NCBI GenBank assembly: GCA_016748015.1
Contig: JAAOMT010000534.1
Location: 138,654-202,653 of the forward strand
Length of the DNA: 64,000 bases
Reading direction: 5' to 3'
Source: Geosiphon pyriformis uo1
Lineage: Eukaryota; Fungi; Glomeromycota
In this document: piece after piece, positions 13,182 to 24,439 of the stretch
Numbering within the stretch: position 1 is the stretch's first letter
Layout of the letters: each line of letters starts with the position of its first letter
Made by a program: the position numbers and the translations under genes
The notes under the pieces: generated by a model
Told to the model about the DNA's origin: nothing
Databases searched by the model: none
The model's input: only the letters and a program-made list of their open reading frames with translations

Positions 13182-13758
13182 TGTTATCAAAAGTTTTTGG
13201 TCTCTTTTTTTGAATGTTGTAAATATCTGTTGATTGCAAATTCATGTTTTCTAGAAGTAGTTGAACCTCCAGTAACTGAATTTATCTTCAAATTATCTCT
13301 TATAATTTGAACTGCTGGGCTTATAAGTGGAATGACCAATTCCTTGCCAGTTACTTTATGTAATTACATTGTAATAAACATCAACTCTTTCCCAAGAATT
13401 GCTTGTCTGGAAGCTCACTAAAAATGTGTAATTACTTTGCTGTAAAAGTCAACTCTTTTACAGGAATTTTGTCTGTAGACTACCCTAATAATTGTAATAA
13501 GAAAAGAAAAAAAAAATAAAAGAAATGTAAAAGAAATAGAATTTTATCAAGAGAAACGTTTTCTATCCAGGTCTGGAGTTACTAACAGTTTTATTGAAAT
13601 TGGTAGCTAATCAATTTCAAAACGTTAGTTGTGTTGAGAGAATTTCAAGTGTAATAATTTTAAGAATTTAGTTTTCGAATATTTAATTTTTATTTGATTT
13701 TGTAAAAGGTGATTTGTTTCAATTAAAATATCTAAAGTAAGATACTATGATAAAATAC
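13182..13758. mobile_element. Solo LTR C, left part (interrupted by element B)
   Basis: Starts TGTTATCA, the inverted complement of TGATAACA at 21859-21866. Non-coding. Flanks ACAG/ATAG form the TSD, and removal restores the pol frame of A. Confidence 0.85.
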
Positions 13759-14436
13759 TGTTACGAGTTGGAATAACAAACTAACAGATAGCAAGAGAGA
13801 ACAGGATTGTAGGGTGATAGAAATAATTAAAGGGGATTCAACTTTAAAGAGCGAATTGAATGAGTATGGATTCAATGTGCGAGATCAGTCTCATAAAATA
13901 TTTCAGTCACTATTCTTTTCAAAAGTAATTGGGGAATCTGAAGGTAGAGGGATAGTCTGTATTGTCAACAATTGATAACCACTGGTATAATTCTATGCCT
14001 TACATTGGCACTCTTAAAATTCAATATCAGGTATCAACTTGTGCTTTTCAGTCATGTTTATTCAAATAATCTTTAAATGCTACAATTATATACATCAGGA
14101 AAAGACCAACAAGTAATCTTTTATCCTAAGATGTTCAGATACTTGAAGGTAGGGAAAGGGAAATTAGTAATAAGAGAGTGATTAAGATGAAAGTTGTTAT
14201 TTTTATTTATTTGATTCTTGTCTGAGAGATGATTTTCTATAGTTAAGAGACTTATTGCTTATATAGCTATTGAAAGTGGTTAACGACCAGGTCAATGACT
14301 AGGTCAATGATCAGGTCAATGATCAGGTCAATGATCAGGTCAATGATCACTATCTAAAAATTGAGTGGCTAATTATATGACATCAGTGGCTAATACATGT
14401 GATAATTAATAAAAATTATGGGTTTCAACTATAACA
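13759..14436 (-). repeat. 3' LTR of element B (678 bp; five 12-bp units)
   Basis: Direct repeat of 20765-21466. TATATAAG on the minus strand at 14258-14265. PPT-like GGAGAGAATAA adjacent at 14437-14447. Confidence 0.96.
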
Positions 14437-15062
14437 TTATTCTCTCCAAAAAGATTGAGCTTCGGCAAAATCAAGCTATTTATAGAGTATTTTAATTGAA
14501 GGATTTTGTCTAACTCAAAACTAACTAGTTTGTTGAAGTCTTTTGTGGATAGAGTATATAGTACTTGAGGCAAAATAAGCTTTGTATCCAAGAGACCAAA
14601 TCTTTGTATAAGAGTTTTGGCTCTTTTTGCAATGGTCAAAACTCTTGAGACATCTAAACGTATAATGCCCAAAATTTTTACTTGTATCTCTGAAGTTGTT
14701 TTCTTCATGAGCTTCATTTCTTCTATAATTTTACCAAGACAACCATAGAGTTTTAGTTGTCTTCCATATGACAAGTTTTTGTCTATGGGCAAGATTTTCT
14801 TAATCATTTTTTCAATTGTCATGGAAGGTATAAGTATTGATGCTGTTATGCTTTTCAGCAAATACTTATCCATTTTGCTATCAATTTTTTTTCTTCTGGT
14901 AGTGGTTTTCTTTGGTCTAATAACAGTATGTGTTCCACTGTTATCAGTTATGGTGGTTTGTTTTCCAATGGTCAGAGTAGCATTTGGATAATTTTTGATC
15001 CAGTACTTATAGAGAGTATAAAAAGCATTTTGAATGTTTTGATCTAGGAAATAATTGTTCAT
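14406..15062 (-). CDS. Accessory ORF3 of element B (218 aa from ATG 15062), unknown function
   Basis: Stop-free ORF after the integrase stop (15104) that runs through the PPT into the LTR. No obvious signal peptide or TM helix. Similar to ORF3 of A. Confidence 0.75.
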   Translation of the reverse strand: MNNYFLDQNIQNAFYTLYKYWIKNYPNATLTIGKQTTITDNSGTHTVIRPKKTTTRRKKIDSKMDKYLLKSITASILIPSMTIEKMIKKILPIDKNLSYGRQLKLYGCLGKIIEEMKLMKKTTSEIQVKILGIIRLDVSRVLTIAKRAKTLIQRFGLLDTKLILPQVLYTLSTKDFNKLVSFELDKILQLKYSINSLILPKLNLFGENNVIVETHNFY

Positions 15063-15103
15063 GTCGATTGAAGATACCTCTGTTTTGGGAATAGTGCATT
15101 TAT

Positions 15104-16417
15104 TTATATCTGATTTTTGTTGATCATTTGGGTCAGTATTACCACAACAGGTAACCAATCAGATCATTTGTAATATTTTTTGAGTCGTGTGCCATGAACA
15201 GGGCGATTATTGAAGATTGTTCCATATTGATCTTGTAAGATATAAGAACCATTGTTCAAAACTTTGTTGACTATAAAGAGTCCTTTCTATTGGCTAGAGA
15301 ATTTATTACCATAGACATTGTCTTTGTCTGAATGGTATTCTAAAACTAAGTCATCAACACTTAAGGAAAATGTTTTATATGTTTTCTTTTTCTTAAGCTT
15401 CTTTTGGAATTGTTTTATCTTTTCAAAGGCAATTATTCGTGCTTCTACTAATGAGTCAAGAATGGTACCAAGTCTTCTTTGCAAAATGTTTTTGTAATTT
15501 CTTATTGTTATTTCTTCAAAGGGTATTGTCTCAATGTCAATTTCTTTTGATAGGGTTGCTATTCGTCTATAGAGTAGATATAAGAGTTCATAACTTGTTA
15601 TGTCATGATTCACAGTTCTATAAGCAAACAAAGCTGAAGGCAGTACTTTGTCCCATAAGTTTGTTTCTTCGCTGGTTTTGGCTAAGGTTTCACATAGTGT
15701 TCTATTGAAACGTTCTACTAGACCATTTGTTTGGGGGTGATAAGAAGAGGAAAGTTTGTAATGTATTCCCATTTTTCTGCAAAGTTCTTCAACAAGTGTA
15801 CTGAGAAAAGCTCTTCCTCTGTTAGATAAAAGTTCTTTGGGGCAGCCATAGTGACAAATGATATCTTCATAAATGAAATTGGCTATTGAAACTGCTGTTT
15901 GGTCTGGAGTGGCTCTTGCTTCTACCCACTTTATAAGATAGTCGGTAGCTGTGATAATATATCTGTTGCCATCAGGAGTTATTGTTAAAAATCCAACAAC
16001 ATCTATACCAATTCTGTTAAAGAGTTGACCAACAGAGATTGGATGGATATTTTCTTTGCGATTGGGTTTTCCTCTTCTTTGGCAGATATCACAGGTTTTA
16101 ATGTATTCAGCAATGTCTTTTCCCAAGGTAGACCAATAATAACGAGCTAGAGTTTTCTGAATTGTTTTTGTTTTTCTAAAGTGTCTAGCTAATGGATCTG
16201 TGTGCATATTGTAAATCATAATTTCTCTTTCTTTAAATCTGATGACTCTCTGGGGGCAGTCAAGATCTTTTCTATTTCTTTTATAAAGTTGGTTCTAGCA
16301 AATCAAATAGAAATTTGATTGTTTGTGCAAATGTTCTCTTTGTTGTTGTGTGTATTTTGGTGGGTATTGTCCTTTACCCAAAAATTCCATTAAGGCAGAG
16401 TAGTTGTCCAAGTCCAT
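15104..16417 (-). pseudogene. Integrase of element B (own ATG at 16417; few internal stops)
   Basis: HTDPLARHF...CDICQRRG, IGIDVVG, LSNRG, YHPQTNGLVERFNRTL, and C-terminal NGSYIL...VHGTRLKKY. Confidence 0.94.
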
Positions 16418-16484
16418 TATCGTGTTTGTTAAAAAAGAAAAATTACTAATAATTAAGTTGGTTTGGTTTGAGAGGATTGTTCTG

Positions 16485-19177
16485 TCACTGGATGGTAAGT
16501 CTGGAGAAAACATTGGCATTTTGATGATTAGCTCCTTTGTGATGTTGAATATTATAGTTGAATTCATCTAAGTGGAGTATTCAGCAAGTTATCTGTTTGT
16601 GTTCTAGTCTCTTTTTGTTGCGCAGCCAAACCAAAGCTTGGTGATCTGTTACCACCAAAAACTTCACACCAAGAAGATACTTACTCCAGTAACTAGTAGA
16701 CCATACTACTGCTAAGCATTCTTGTTCAATGACTGAATAATTCTGTTCTGCTGGGGAAAGGGTTCTACTGGCATAGACTATGGCATGTTCTTTGCTATCT
16801 TCATCTTTCTGGAAGAGAACAGCACCAAGTCCAAAGCCAGATACATCAGTGTGGAGGATAAAAAGTCAATCTAGATCAGATTGCTTGAGGATGGGTTCTG
16901 TAACCAGTTTTTCTTTTAAAGTTTCAAAGGCTTTTTGCTGATGTGTTCCCCAATGATAATTGACATTTTTTCTGAGTAGCTGATTGAGAGGAGAGGCGAT
17001 TTTGGAGAAATTCTTGACAAATTTGCGATAATAAGAGGTCAAACCAAGAAAAGAGCATAGTTCATGAATGTTTATTGGTTGTTTGATGTTTTGGACTTTT
17101 TCAACTTTGGCTGGATCAGGAAAGATTTCATCTTTTGTAATAAGATGACCAAAGAACTGGGTGGATTGTCTTCCAAAGAAAGATTTGATTGGGTTGATCT
17201 TGAGGCCAGCATTTTTGAAGAGGTCAAAAACCTTTTGCAAATGTTCCAGGTGTTTATTCCAGGTTTTTGAGTATACCATTATGTTATCTAAATAGACTAG
17301 AACAAAGTTTTCCTTGACTGATTCAAATACTTTATCCATTAAGCATTGAAAGGTGGGAGGAGCATTGGTGAGACAAAAGGCATGACTGTGAATTTATAGG
17401 TGCCATACTTGGTAATGAAAGCAGTTTTTTTTCTGCTTTCTGGATCCATCTCTACTTGCCAGAATCCAGCAGTTAAGTCAATAGTTGAAAAGAAAGCAGC
17501 ATCTTTGAATTAGTCTAACATTGCATCAATCTTGGGAAGTGGGTACATGTCTCTTTCAGTGATAGCATTTAATTGGTGGTAGTCGACACAGAAGCATAGT
17601 GTTCCACCTTTCTTAGATACCACTACAACTGGGAAAGCCTATTTACTCTTGGTTTCTTGTATGAATCCAAGTTCTTTCATCCGGTTTATCTCTTTCTTGA
17701 TAAACTCATCATTGTGCCAATTAGATTGATAAGGCTTCAAATGAATGGGTCGAGTTTCTCTGGTGGTGATGGTGTGTTGTATTACATGGGTACGTCCAAG
17801 GGTATCATCTTCTTTGGAGATAACTGGGCTATTTCTAGTCAGCAAATTTTCAATGTCTATTTTTCTTTCTTCTGGGGAGGGTTCTTTTTGTTCTACAGCC
17901 AGTGATTAGATCTCAGATGATTCATTTTCAAAAGACTTCTGTACTTCTTTCAATTCTTCTCTGGGTATCAAACTGATTGGTTTCCAATTTCTATAATAGA
18001 TCAGGCATAATTTGCATTCATCACTTGGAGAATACAAGGGTTTGCTACACCAACACCGGGCACAAGAACCATGCCACCAAAAACTGTATTTGGCTTTCTT
18101 GCCAGGTTTTCTTTCAAAGATTCTTCTAAGGATATTATAATAAGGCCAGCAGATTAGCTTACCATTTACAATGATTCCTTCTTTGTCTGGTTTAACATTG
18201 TCCAGTGGTTTGCCATTGCTGGTAAAGGTGGGATAGGCGAGTTCAGCAGTTTTTTTTTGCTTTTCTTGTTCTTCTTCTTCATTACTCTCTTCATTATCTG
18301 ATTCATCTGATTGTTCTTTTTCTTGGTTTTGTTTGGGTACTGGGGGAGTTGTCCAATGGCAACACTTAGCCACAATGGGTTTCTCACCACATCTGATGGT
18401 TAATTCACAAAGTTCATAATCAAGCAAAGCTTTTGCTTTCTTGAGCCATTCATTGCCAACAATGATAGTGTATTCTTTGGCTTCAGAAACTTCCATGTTA
18501 GTTTCAATGCTAATTCCATTAATGTGGACAGGAACAGCTTTGGCAATACCCAGTCCTTTCTTTTTGTCACCATGTACATTGGTCATTGGTCTGGTGAAAA
18601 ATTCATCAATCTTTCTACCAATTGCTTCCAAGAAGTGTTTGGCAATGACACTAACAGATGATCCACTGTCTAGAATTAAGTCAATGAAGTATCCAGCCAC
18701 TTGGGCTTTACAAATCAGAGGGGTGATATTGCTGTTGTCAGCAAGTCCAGCTTGGCAAGGGTGCTTGTTGGTTTTTGGTGTCTTCTTCTTTGAGATCAAG
18801 GATTTGCGAAGATCCTTTCTGAACTGTGGATGGGTCATTAACTGGCCAAAGGTAATATGTACTGGGGTTTCCATGAGATCTTTGACAACGGAATAGGGTC
18901 CAGATTTTTGTACAATTTCTGGGGGTTCCAACTTTGGAGGATTCTTAAAAACTTTAGTCTTTGGTGGCTCATTGTTATCAGTGGCAGAAGTTAAGGCTTT
19001 GTTGGGGTCTAGAATGAAATCAACTTTGGCTTTTTTCTTCTTTCTGGTTGGTTCTAAAATGTTGATTGCTAGTTCATCCATGTAATGATCATTATCAGTT
19101 AAGTTAAAAGTGTAAAAAGAGTTTTCTTCTGGTTGGCTTGCACTCTTACTCTTTGGAGGTGCACCTACCAATTTAAA
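16485..19177 (-). pseudogene. pol (aspartic protease-RT-RNase H) of element B
   Basis: LILDSGSS and IIVGNEWL (protease); FCVDY and YLDN (RT); TDHQAL and NANVFSR (RH). A 1-nt deletion near 17375 and scattered stops. Confidence 0.95.
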
Positions 19178-20712
19178 GGCTAATAAATAGTAGCTTCAAT
19201 TAGGGGATCCTCTCCAAAGAAATTGATGTTGGCATAATTGGGTCTTTGATTGAGGACATTGTTGTTGGGTCAGTTGTTTTGGTTGTTATTGTTTTTGGGA
19301 GCTGGAGGAGGCAGTGGAGGATTGTTGCAATCTCTGGAAAAATTTCTAGTTAATCCACATCTATAACACACAGGAGGGCCATGATTTTGCTGTCTTTGGT
19401 AAGGAAGTTGCTAGGGCTAATTAAAACGGTTTTCAAATCTGGGTCTTTGTGATTGCTGGTTATCTCTGACTGCTTGGGCTAATGGTTCTAATAGCCAAGC
19501 AAGATTTGCTGTAAGTCTATCTATTAATTGTTCATTTGGATCTTGTGTCTGGGCAGCAAAAGAAGTAGTGGCCATTTGAGGAGTAGAAGCCATAACAGAA
19601 GCAGGAGCAAAAACTGGAAGTGTGGATCCCAAATGCATTCTTTGATTTTCAATTCTTTGGACAAGTTCAATGGCTATATCCATGATGAGATTATTTTTTA
19701 AAGCCAAGAGAGGCCAAAGAGCATACAATAAATCAGTTCTCAATTCTTTTGTGAAGAAATGAATCTTTTGTTCTTCTGTCCAGTTTCTTCCAGAGTCTAT
19801 ATGTTTGATTAGCTTTCTAATAGCTTTGGCATATTCAGTCACTACTTCTCCAGGGCCTTGGGTTCTTCTTTCCAATTCCATGTGCCATTTGGATATTAAT
19901 ATTGGGGTTCTGAACTTGGCCTCAAATTGGGTAGTGAAAGAGGTATTTTCTTCTCCAGTATTGATTGGTGTCTATCTGATTATTTTGTGTTAAGCATTGG
20001 CATCTGTTTTTTGTGAGAACCAGATAGTAAGAGAGTCTTGGAGGTAGCCACCAACAATTTGGAACTTGTATTCTTTATCATACTGGTTGGCTGTGGCAGT
20101 TCTCTCAAAATCATTCAACTATTCAATTGGATCTTGTGCATCACCTCTAAATAGTGGTAGTAGGATATTGTTTCTTCTTCCTAGAACAGTTTGTATACTT
20201 TGGAGGGCGGCCAAAATGTTTGCTTGTATGGGGTCATTAGCCATTGGTTCAGGGGTAACTGTTTGTGTAGATGAGTCTAATTTACTTGATAAAAGATCAA
20301 AAACAGGGGCAGTTTGGTAGCTTTCTTCTTCTGTTTCAAAGGAAGTTTCAGTTGCTTAATGGGCAGCAATCCAAATGTGAATTTGATGATTCAGATATTC
20401 AAAATCAGGGGGCTGTTGTTCAAAGGTTGCAGAATATAAGAGCTGATTGATACTGTTGTTTCTTTCTTCAAAGTTGTTTTCAAAATAAGCTTGGTCAAAA
20501 TAATAGATTGTATAAGCTGTATAGGTTTCAGCTGAATGCTCATTCAGGAACCAGTTCCAAAAGTCTTGGAATTGTCTACTGGATTGTTCTTCAAGGGGGA
20601 AGCAGGTCAAGCAAAAGGGCAGAAGATTAAGTTCAATGAAATCTAGGTCGTTTCTATTGTGTGCTACAAAGTGTTCTTCTAATTGCTGTGGCAAATATGA
20701 GTAATCACTCAT
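19165..20712 (-). pseudogene. gag of element B
   Basis: Single frame from ATG 20712. Capsid-like FRGDAQDPIE...QGPGEVVTEYA and zinc knuckle CYRCGLTRNFSRDC. Confidence 0.88.
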
Positions 20713-20741
20713 ACAATGAGGGAATAAGTGAATTTTGACAA

Positions 20742-20758
20742 CCTCACAGGGAGCACTA
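20742..20758 (-). promoter_or_regulatory. Primer binding site of element B
   Basis: Plus strand CCTCACAGGGAGCAC(T)A reads as a tRNA 3' end (CCA mutated to CTA), 6 nt from the 5' LTR. Confidence 0.75.
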
Positions 20759-20764
20759 CTTTTA

Positions 20765-21466
20765 TGTTATGGGTTGGAGTAACAAGCTAATGGATAGCAA
20801 GAGAGAACAGGATTGTAGGGTGATAGAAATAATTAAAGGGGATTCAACTTCAAAGAGTGAATTGAATGAGTATGGATTCAATGTGTGAGATCAGTCTCAT
20901 AAAATATCTCAGTCACTATTCTTTTTAAAAGTAACTGGGGAATCTGAAGGTAGAGAGATAGTCCATACTGTCAACAATTGATAACTACTGGTATAATTCT
21001 ATGCCTCATGTCGGCACTCTTAGAATTCAATATTAGGTATTAACTTGTGCTTTTCAGTCACGTTTATTCAAATAATCTTCAAATGCTACAATTATATACA
21101 TCAGGAAAAGGCCAACAAGTAATTTTTTATTCTAAGATGTTCGGATACTTGAAGGTAGGGAAAGAGAAATTAGCAATAAGAGAGTGATTGAGATAAAAGT
21201 TGTTATTTTTATTTATTTGATTCTTGTTTGAGAGATGATTTTCTACAGCTAAAAGACTTATTGCTTATATAGCTATTGAAAATGGTCAATAACCAGGTCA
21301 ACGACTAGGTCAATGATCAGGTCAATGATCAGGTCAACAATCAGGTCATTGATCAGGTCATTGATCAGATCAATGATCACTATCTAAAAATAGAGTGGCT
21401 AATTATATAATATCAGTGGCTAATACATGTGATAATTAATAAAAATTATCGGTTTCAATCATAACA
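20765..21466 (-). repeat. 5' LTR of element B (702 bp; seven 12-bp units)
   Basis: TGTTAT...ATAACA. It is 24 bp longer than its partner, which equals two extra repeat units. Confidence 0.96.
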
Positions 21467-21470
21467 ATAC

Positions 21471-21866
21471 TATGAAAAGATGCATTTCCTTGAAAAGAGA
21501 AGCTTTTTTTTATACAACTTGTTGTAGTACTAGTCTTTGAACTTGCACTTTTCTCTTTGTTACAATTTGGGTGAACTAAAGATATATTTTGGTGAATTTA
21601 CAAGTTATTTCACTGAACTATTGATTATTTTGGCAAATTTTTATTAATTTCGACAAATTTTGACTATGTTAAAAGGTTCAGGGTATTGTGTAATTTGATC
21701 ATCTTAATTTCTAAAATACAAATCGGATTATTGATTGAGTAATAATATTTGATAATTTGATTAAATAATAAGTGATAATCAAATTAATAATAATGTATGC
21801 TAATTAATAATAGGAATTATAAGAGTAATTTCATGCTAATTAATAGCTAAAATTCTACTGATAACA
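21471..21866. mobile_element. Solo LTR C, right part
   Basis: Ends TGATAACA followed by ATAG. Together with the left part it gives a 973-bp non-coding unit. Confidence 0.85.
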
Positions 21867-21939
21867 ATAGATGGAGATAATTTCTCCCTTGTCAATAACC
21901 TTTTCCTCTGCCATATTAACTGGTACATCTATTCTATTT

Positions 21940-22330
21940 GTGGATCCAAATCCCTGTATCCTTCTTGCTGTAATTCCTAATTTTTTTCTGTTTCTGACTA
22001 ATACTAATTGAGCTACTTTTACCAAAAGCAGAAATATTGTCTGTGCTATTTTTTTATTTGATTCTATGATATAGGCTTTTTCTGAATCATTTTGTAGTAT
22101 TGCAATGATATTTCCTACATATCCTGTGTCAATTATTCTTCCTCTGATGTTGATTTTCTTTTTCGCTAAACTACTTCTAAATGCTAGTTGAACCATTGTT
22201 ATTGCTAGAATTTCTAGTGCTACTTTAAGATCAATATATGTGTGCAAATATGGTTCCAATTTGATGGCATTTTTCCTTGAATATCTTAGATCAAACTTTG
22301 CATTTGTATTATGTGCACGTTTTGGCATGA
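21940..22330 (-). pseudogene. dUTPase domain in pol of element A
   Basis: Five dUTPase motifs recognisable: AKFDL, RSSL, GRIIDTGYVGNI, KIAQTIF, RRIQGFGST. Confidence 0.92.
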
Positions 22331-23539
22331 TACCTTTATTGTTGTCACTATACCATCTGAATTCCTGTTTCTTAGAAAGATCAGAAAGTATAATATATGT
22401 TTCAGAGTTTGAATTGGAATCTGAATCACCATTATTTTTTTTGTCATATTGAGTGAAACTGGAACCATTGTTTTCATCATCATTATTGTCAGAGTTTAAA
22501 TCGGAATTGAAAATTGATTCCAATTCCAATGTGCAGTTGTTAATTGGTTCATCTTTCTCTGAAATCATGTAGATCATGCATGGTGGTGGATTGTAAATGA
22601 GGTCACACTCATTACAATATTGGAAGTCGTATGGAATCAAACAGTAATCACATAATTGGGTGTTTATTTTTTCCAAGTGCTGTTTCTGTTCTTCTCTGGT
22701 TGGTGCCAAATTTTGATAGTGCTCATAAAATTTTTTTGGGCCTGCTTCTAGGTCCAGAAAAGCATCTGGGTTGGGAATCAGAACAATATTAACTGGTTCC
22801 AGAGGGTTGTTCTTGATTTCCAATATTTTGCTGGACATGGCACCTTCTACTTTGGCATTTGTTATCCACCAGATCTCATCTTTGTTGTGTGAGTAACTGT
22901 CCAAATGAGAGATTGCTCAGTGCCAGATGGTAGTAATAGGTATTTCACAACTTACTCAGTCACTAATAAGGATTGTGTATTGGCATAAAGTGTTGCACGT
23001 TTCTTCTTGTCCAGAAATATTATTCCACATTCCTTTGTTGAGTAATTGTTTCTCACAAGTGAGACATAGTTTGTTGTCTTACTTGCCTTGTTGTTTTGGG
23101 TAGCCATATCATTCTCGGTAGCACAGCTTGCAGTAATAGTGTGTTTATGTCCAGTAATCTTCATTGGGCATGATCTAAGCTCTCATGAAAGAAAGTTTTT
23201 TGTCACAATCTTGGCATTTGAGTGGAATATATAGTGGTTGTTTTAGTGGCTCGTGTGAGTAGAATCTCTCCCAGCCACTAATTATTTCTTTGATTGTTGT
23301 GTCTTCTTCTTCTGTGTCCTCTTTTTTACCTTTCCTTTTATTATTCTATGAAAGTACTGGTAATAGCTCGTTGTGTTCGGTGTTAGTCCAAGAGACTTGA
23401 TACACTTCCCAGGTAGGTTTTTTTTTTTTTCTTCTAATTCAATGAGTGGTTTGTTATCAGGAGTGGTCTTGAAGTGACCACAAGTGGCTGGCACATATGT
23501 ATAATGGCTGTTCTGACTGAGTTGCAGTTTTTGGGTGTT

Positions 23540-23830
23540 CTAGTTGAGCATGGCATTGGCTTTTAACAGCCAGTTGTTTCTAACAAAATCCTGATACTGA
23601 GTTGCTTCCATTATCAATATCTTAATTGGTATTATAATGTTGTTGACTTCAAATGGAAAGTCATCTATTTTACTAATTAGAGTTTTGGTTGCTCTATCAG
23701 CAGTAATTATATATATGTTAGCAGCACAATCAACTCAGTGACCTAATTGGTCTATGAGTTGTTGTGTAATGATACTGTCAGTTGATTCACTGTTTAGGAT
23801 TAGTTTAATGTGCTGACCATCAAATTTAGT
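23540..23830 (-). pseudogene. Aspartic protease of element A
   Basis: IKLILNSESTDSIIT (LILDSG decayed by G>A) and VRNNWL (from VGNDWL). Confidence 0.8.
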
Positions 23831-24439
23831 ATTGGTATATGTTGCAGTAATGAGTTTTAATTCTAGGACAGCTCCACTAAATAGTGGCATTTTAACTGGT
23901 TTCTCTAGTTCAAAAAGAAAAATAGCTGCTAGGGAACCATTATTAGAGATAGTTGCTGGTGGAATATTGCTAGTAAGTGGCTTTTGATTGGTTTCTGGTT
24001 TAGTGGATATGGCATCTTCTGTGGTGACCAAAAGACTTAAATAGTTCTGGGAATTTGGGTTTTAGGTGTACTCAGTGCCTGAATTCCATTGTTAAAATCC
24101 TGATAGTTGTGTGGAGAAACTGGAGATTAGTTGATGGACTACCATCAATGATCTTCAGCTTTGTTGTGTCAGTCTCAGCCTTTGGATTCTGTTTTGAGGT
24201 AAGTTCTGTAACAGTGTTTAAATTTGTTGGGACTGATAAATTACCTGAGGCTGCAGCTAATAAATGAGTTGAGACTGTAGTTAATAAATGACAGGGTTTG
24301 TTGGCTGATAAATTGGTGGTTAATAAATTGGCTGTTGCATCATAGGTAGATAATTTGGTTGATATGGTGCTGGGTTGGGTTGATAATTCGGAGCTTGAAA
24401 CTGGCAATCAGGATTTTAATATTGATTTTCCGATTGTGA

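Larger units (their letters stand above)
13759..21466 (-). mobile_element. Ty3/gypsy LTR retrotransposon B (7708 bp, structurally complete)
   Basis: LTRs at 13759-14436 and 20765-21466, perfect ATAC TSD (13755-13758 and 21467-21470), order gag-PR-RT-RH-IN-ORF3. Confidence 0.96.

Noticed and set aside
18441-18896. Antisense ORFs within pol and the LINE ORFs
   Set aside because: Shadow frames of real coding sequence with no independent motifs.
21294-21377. 12-bp repeat array as a CRISPR array or nuclear-receptor (AGGTCA) elements
   Set aside because: There are no unique spacers, it sits in an LTR, and nuclear receptors are animal-specific, so the hexamer match is probably coincidental.
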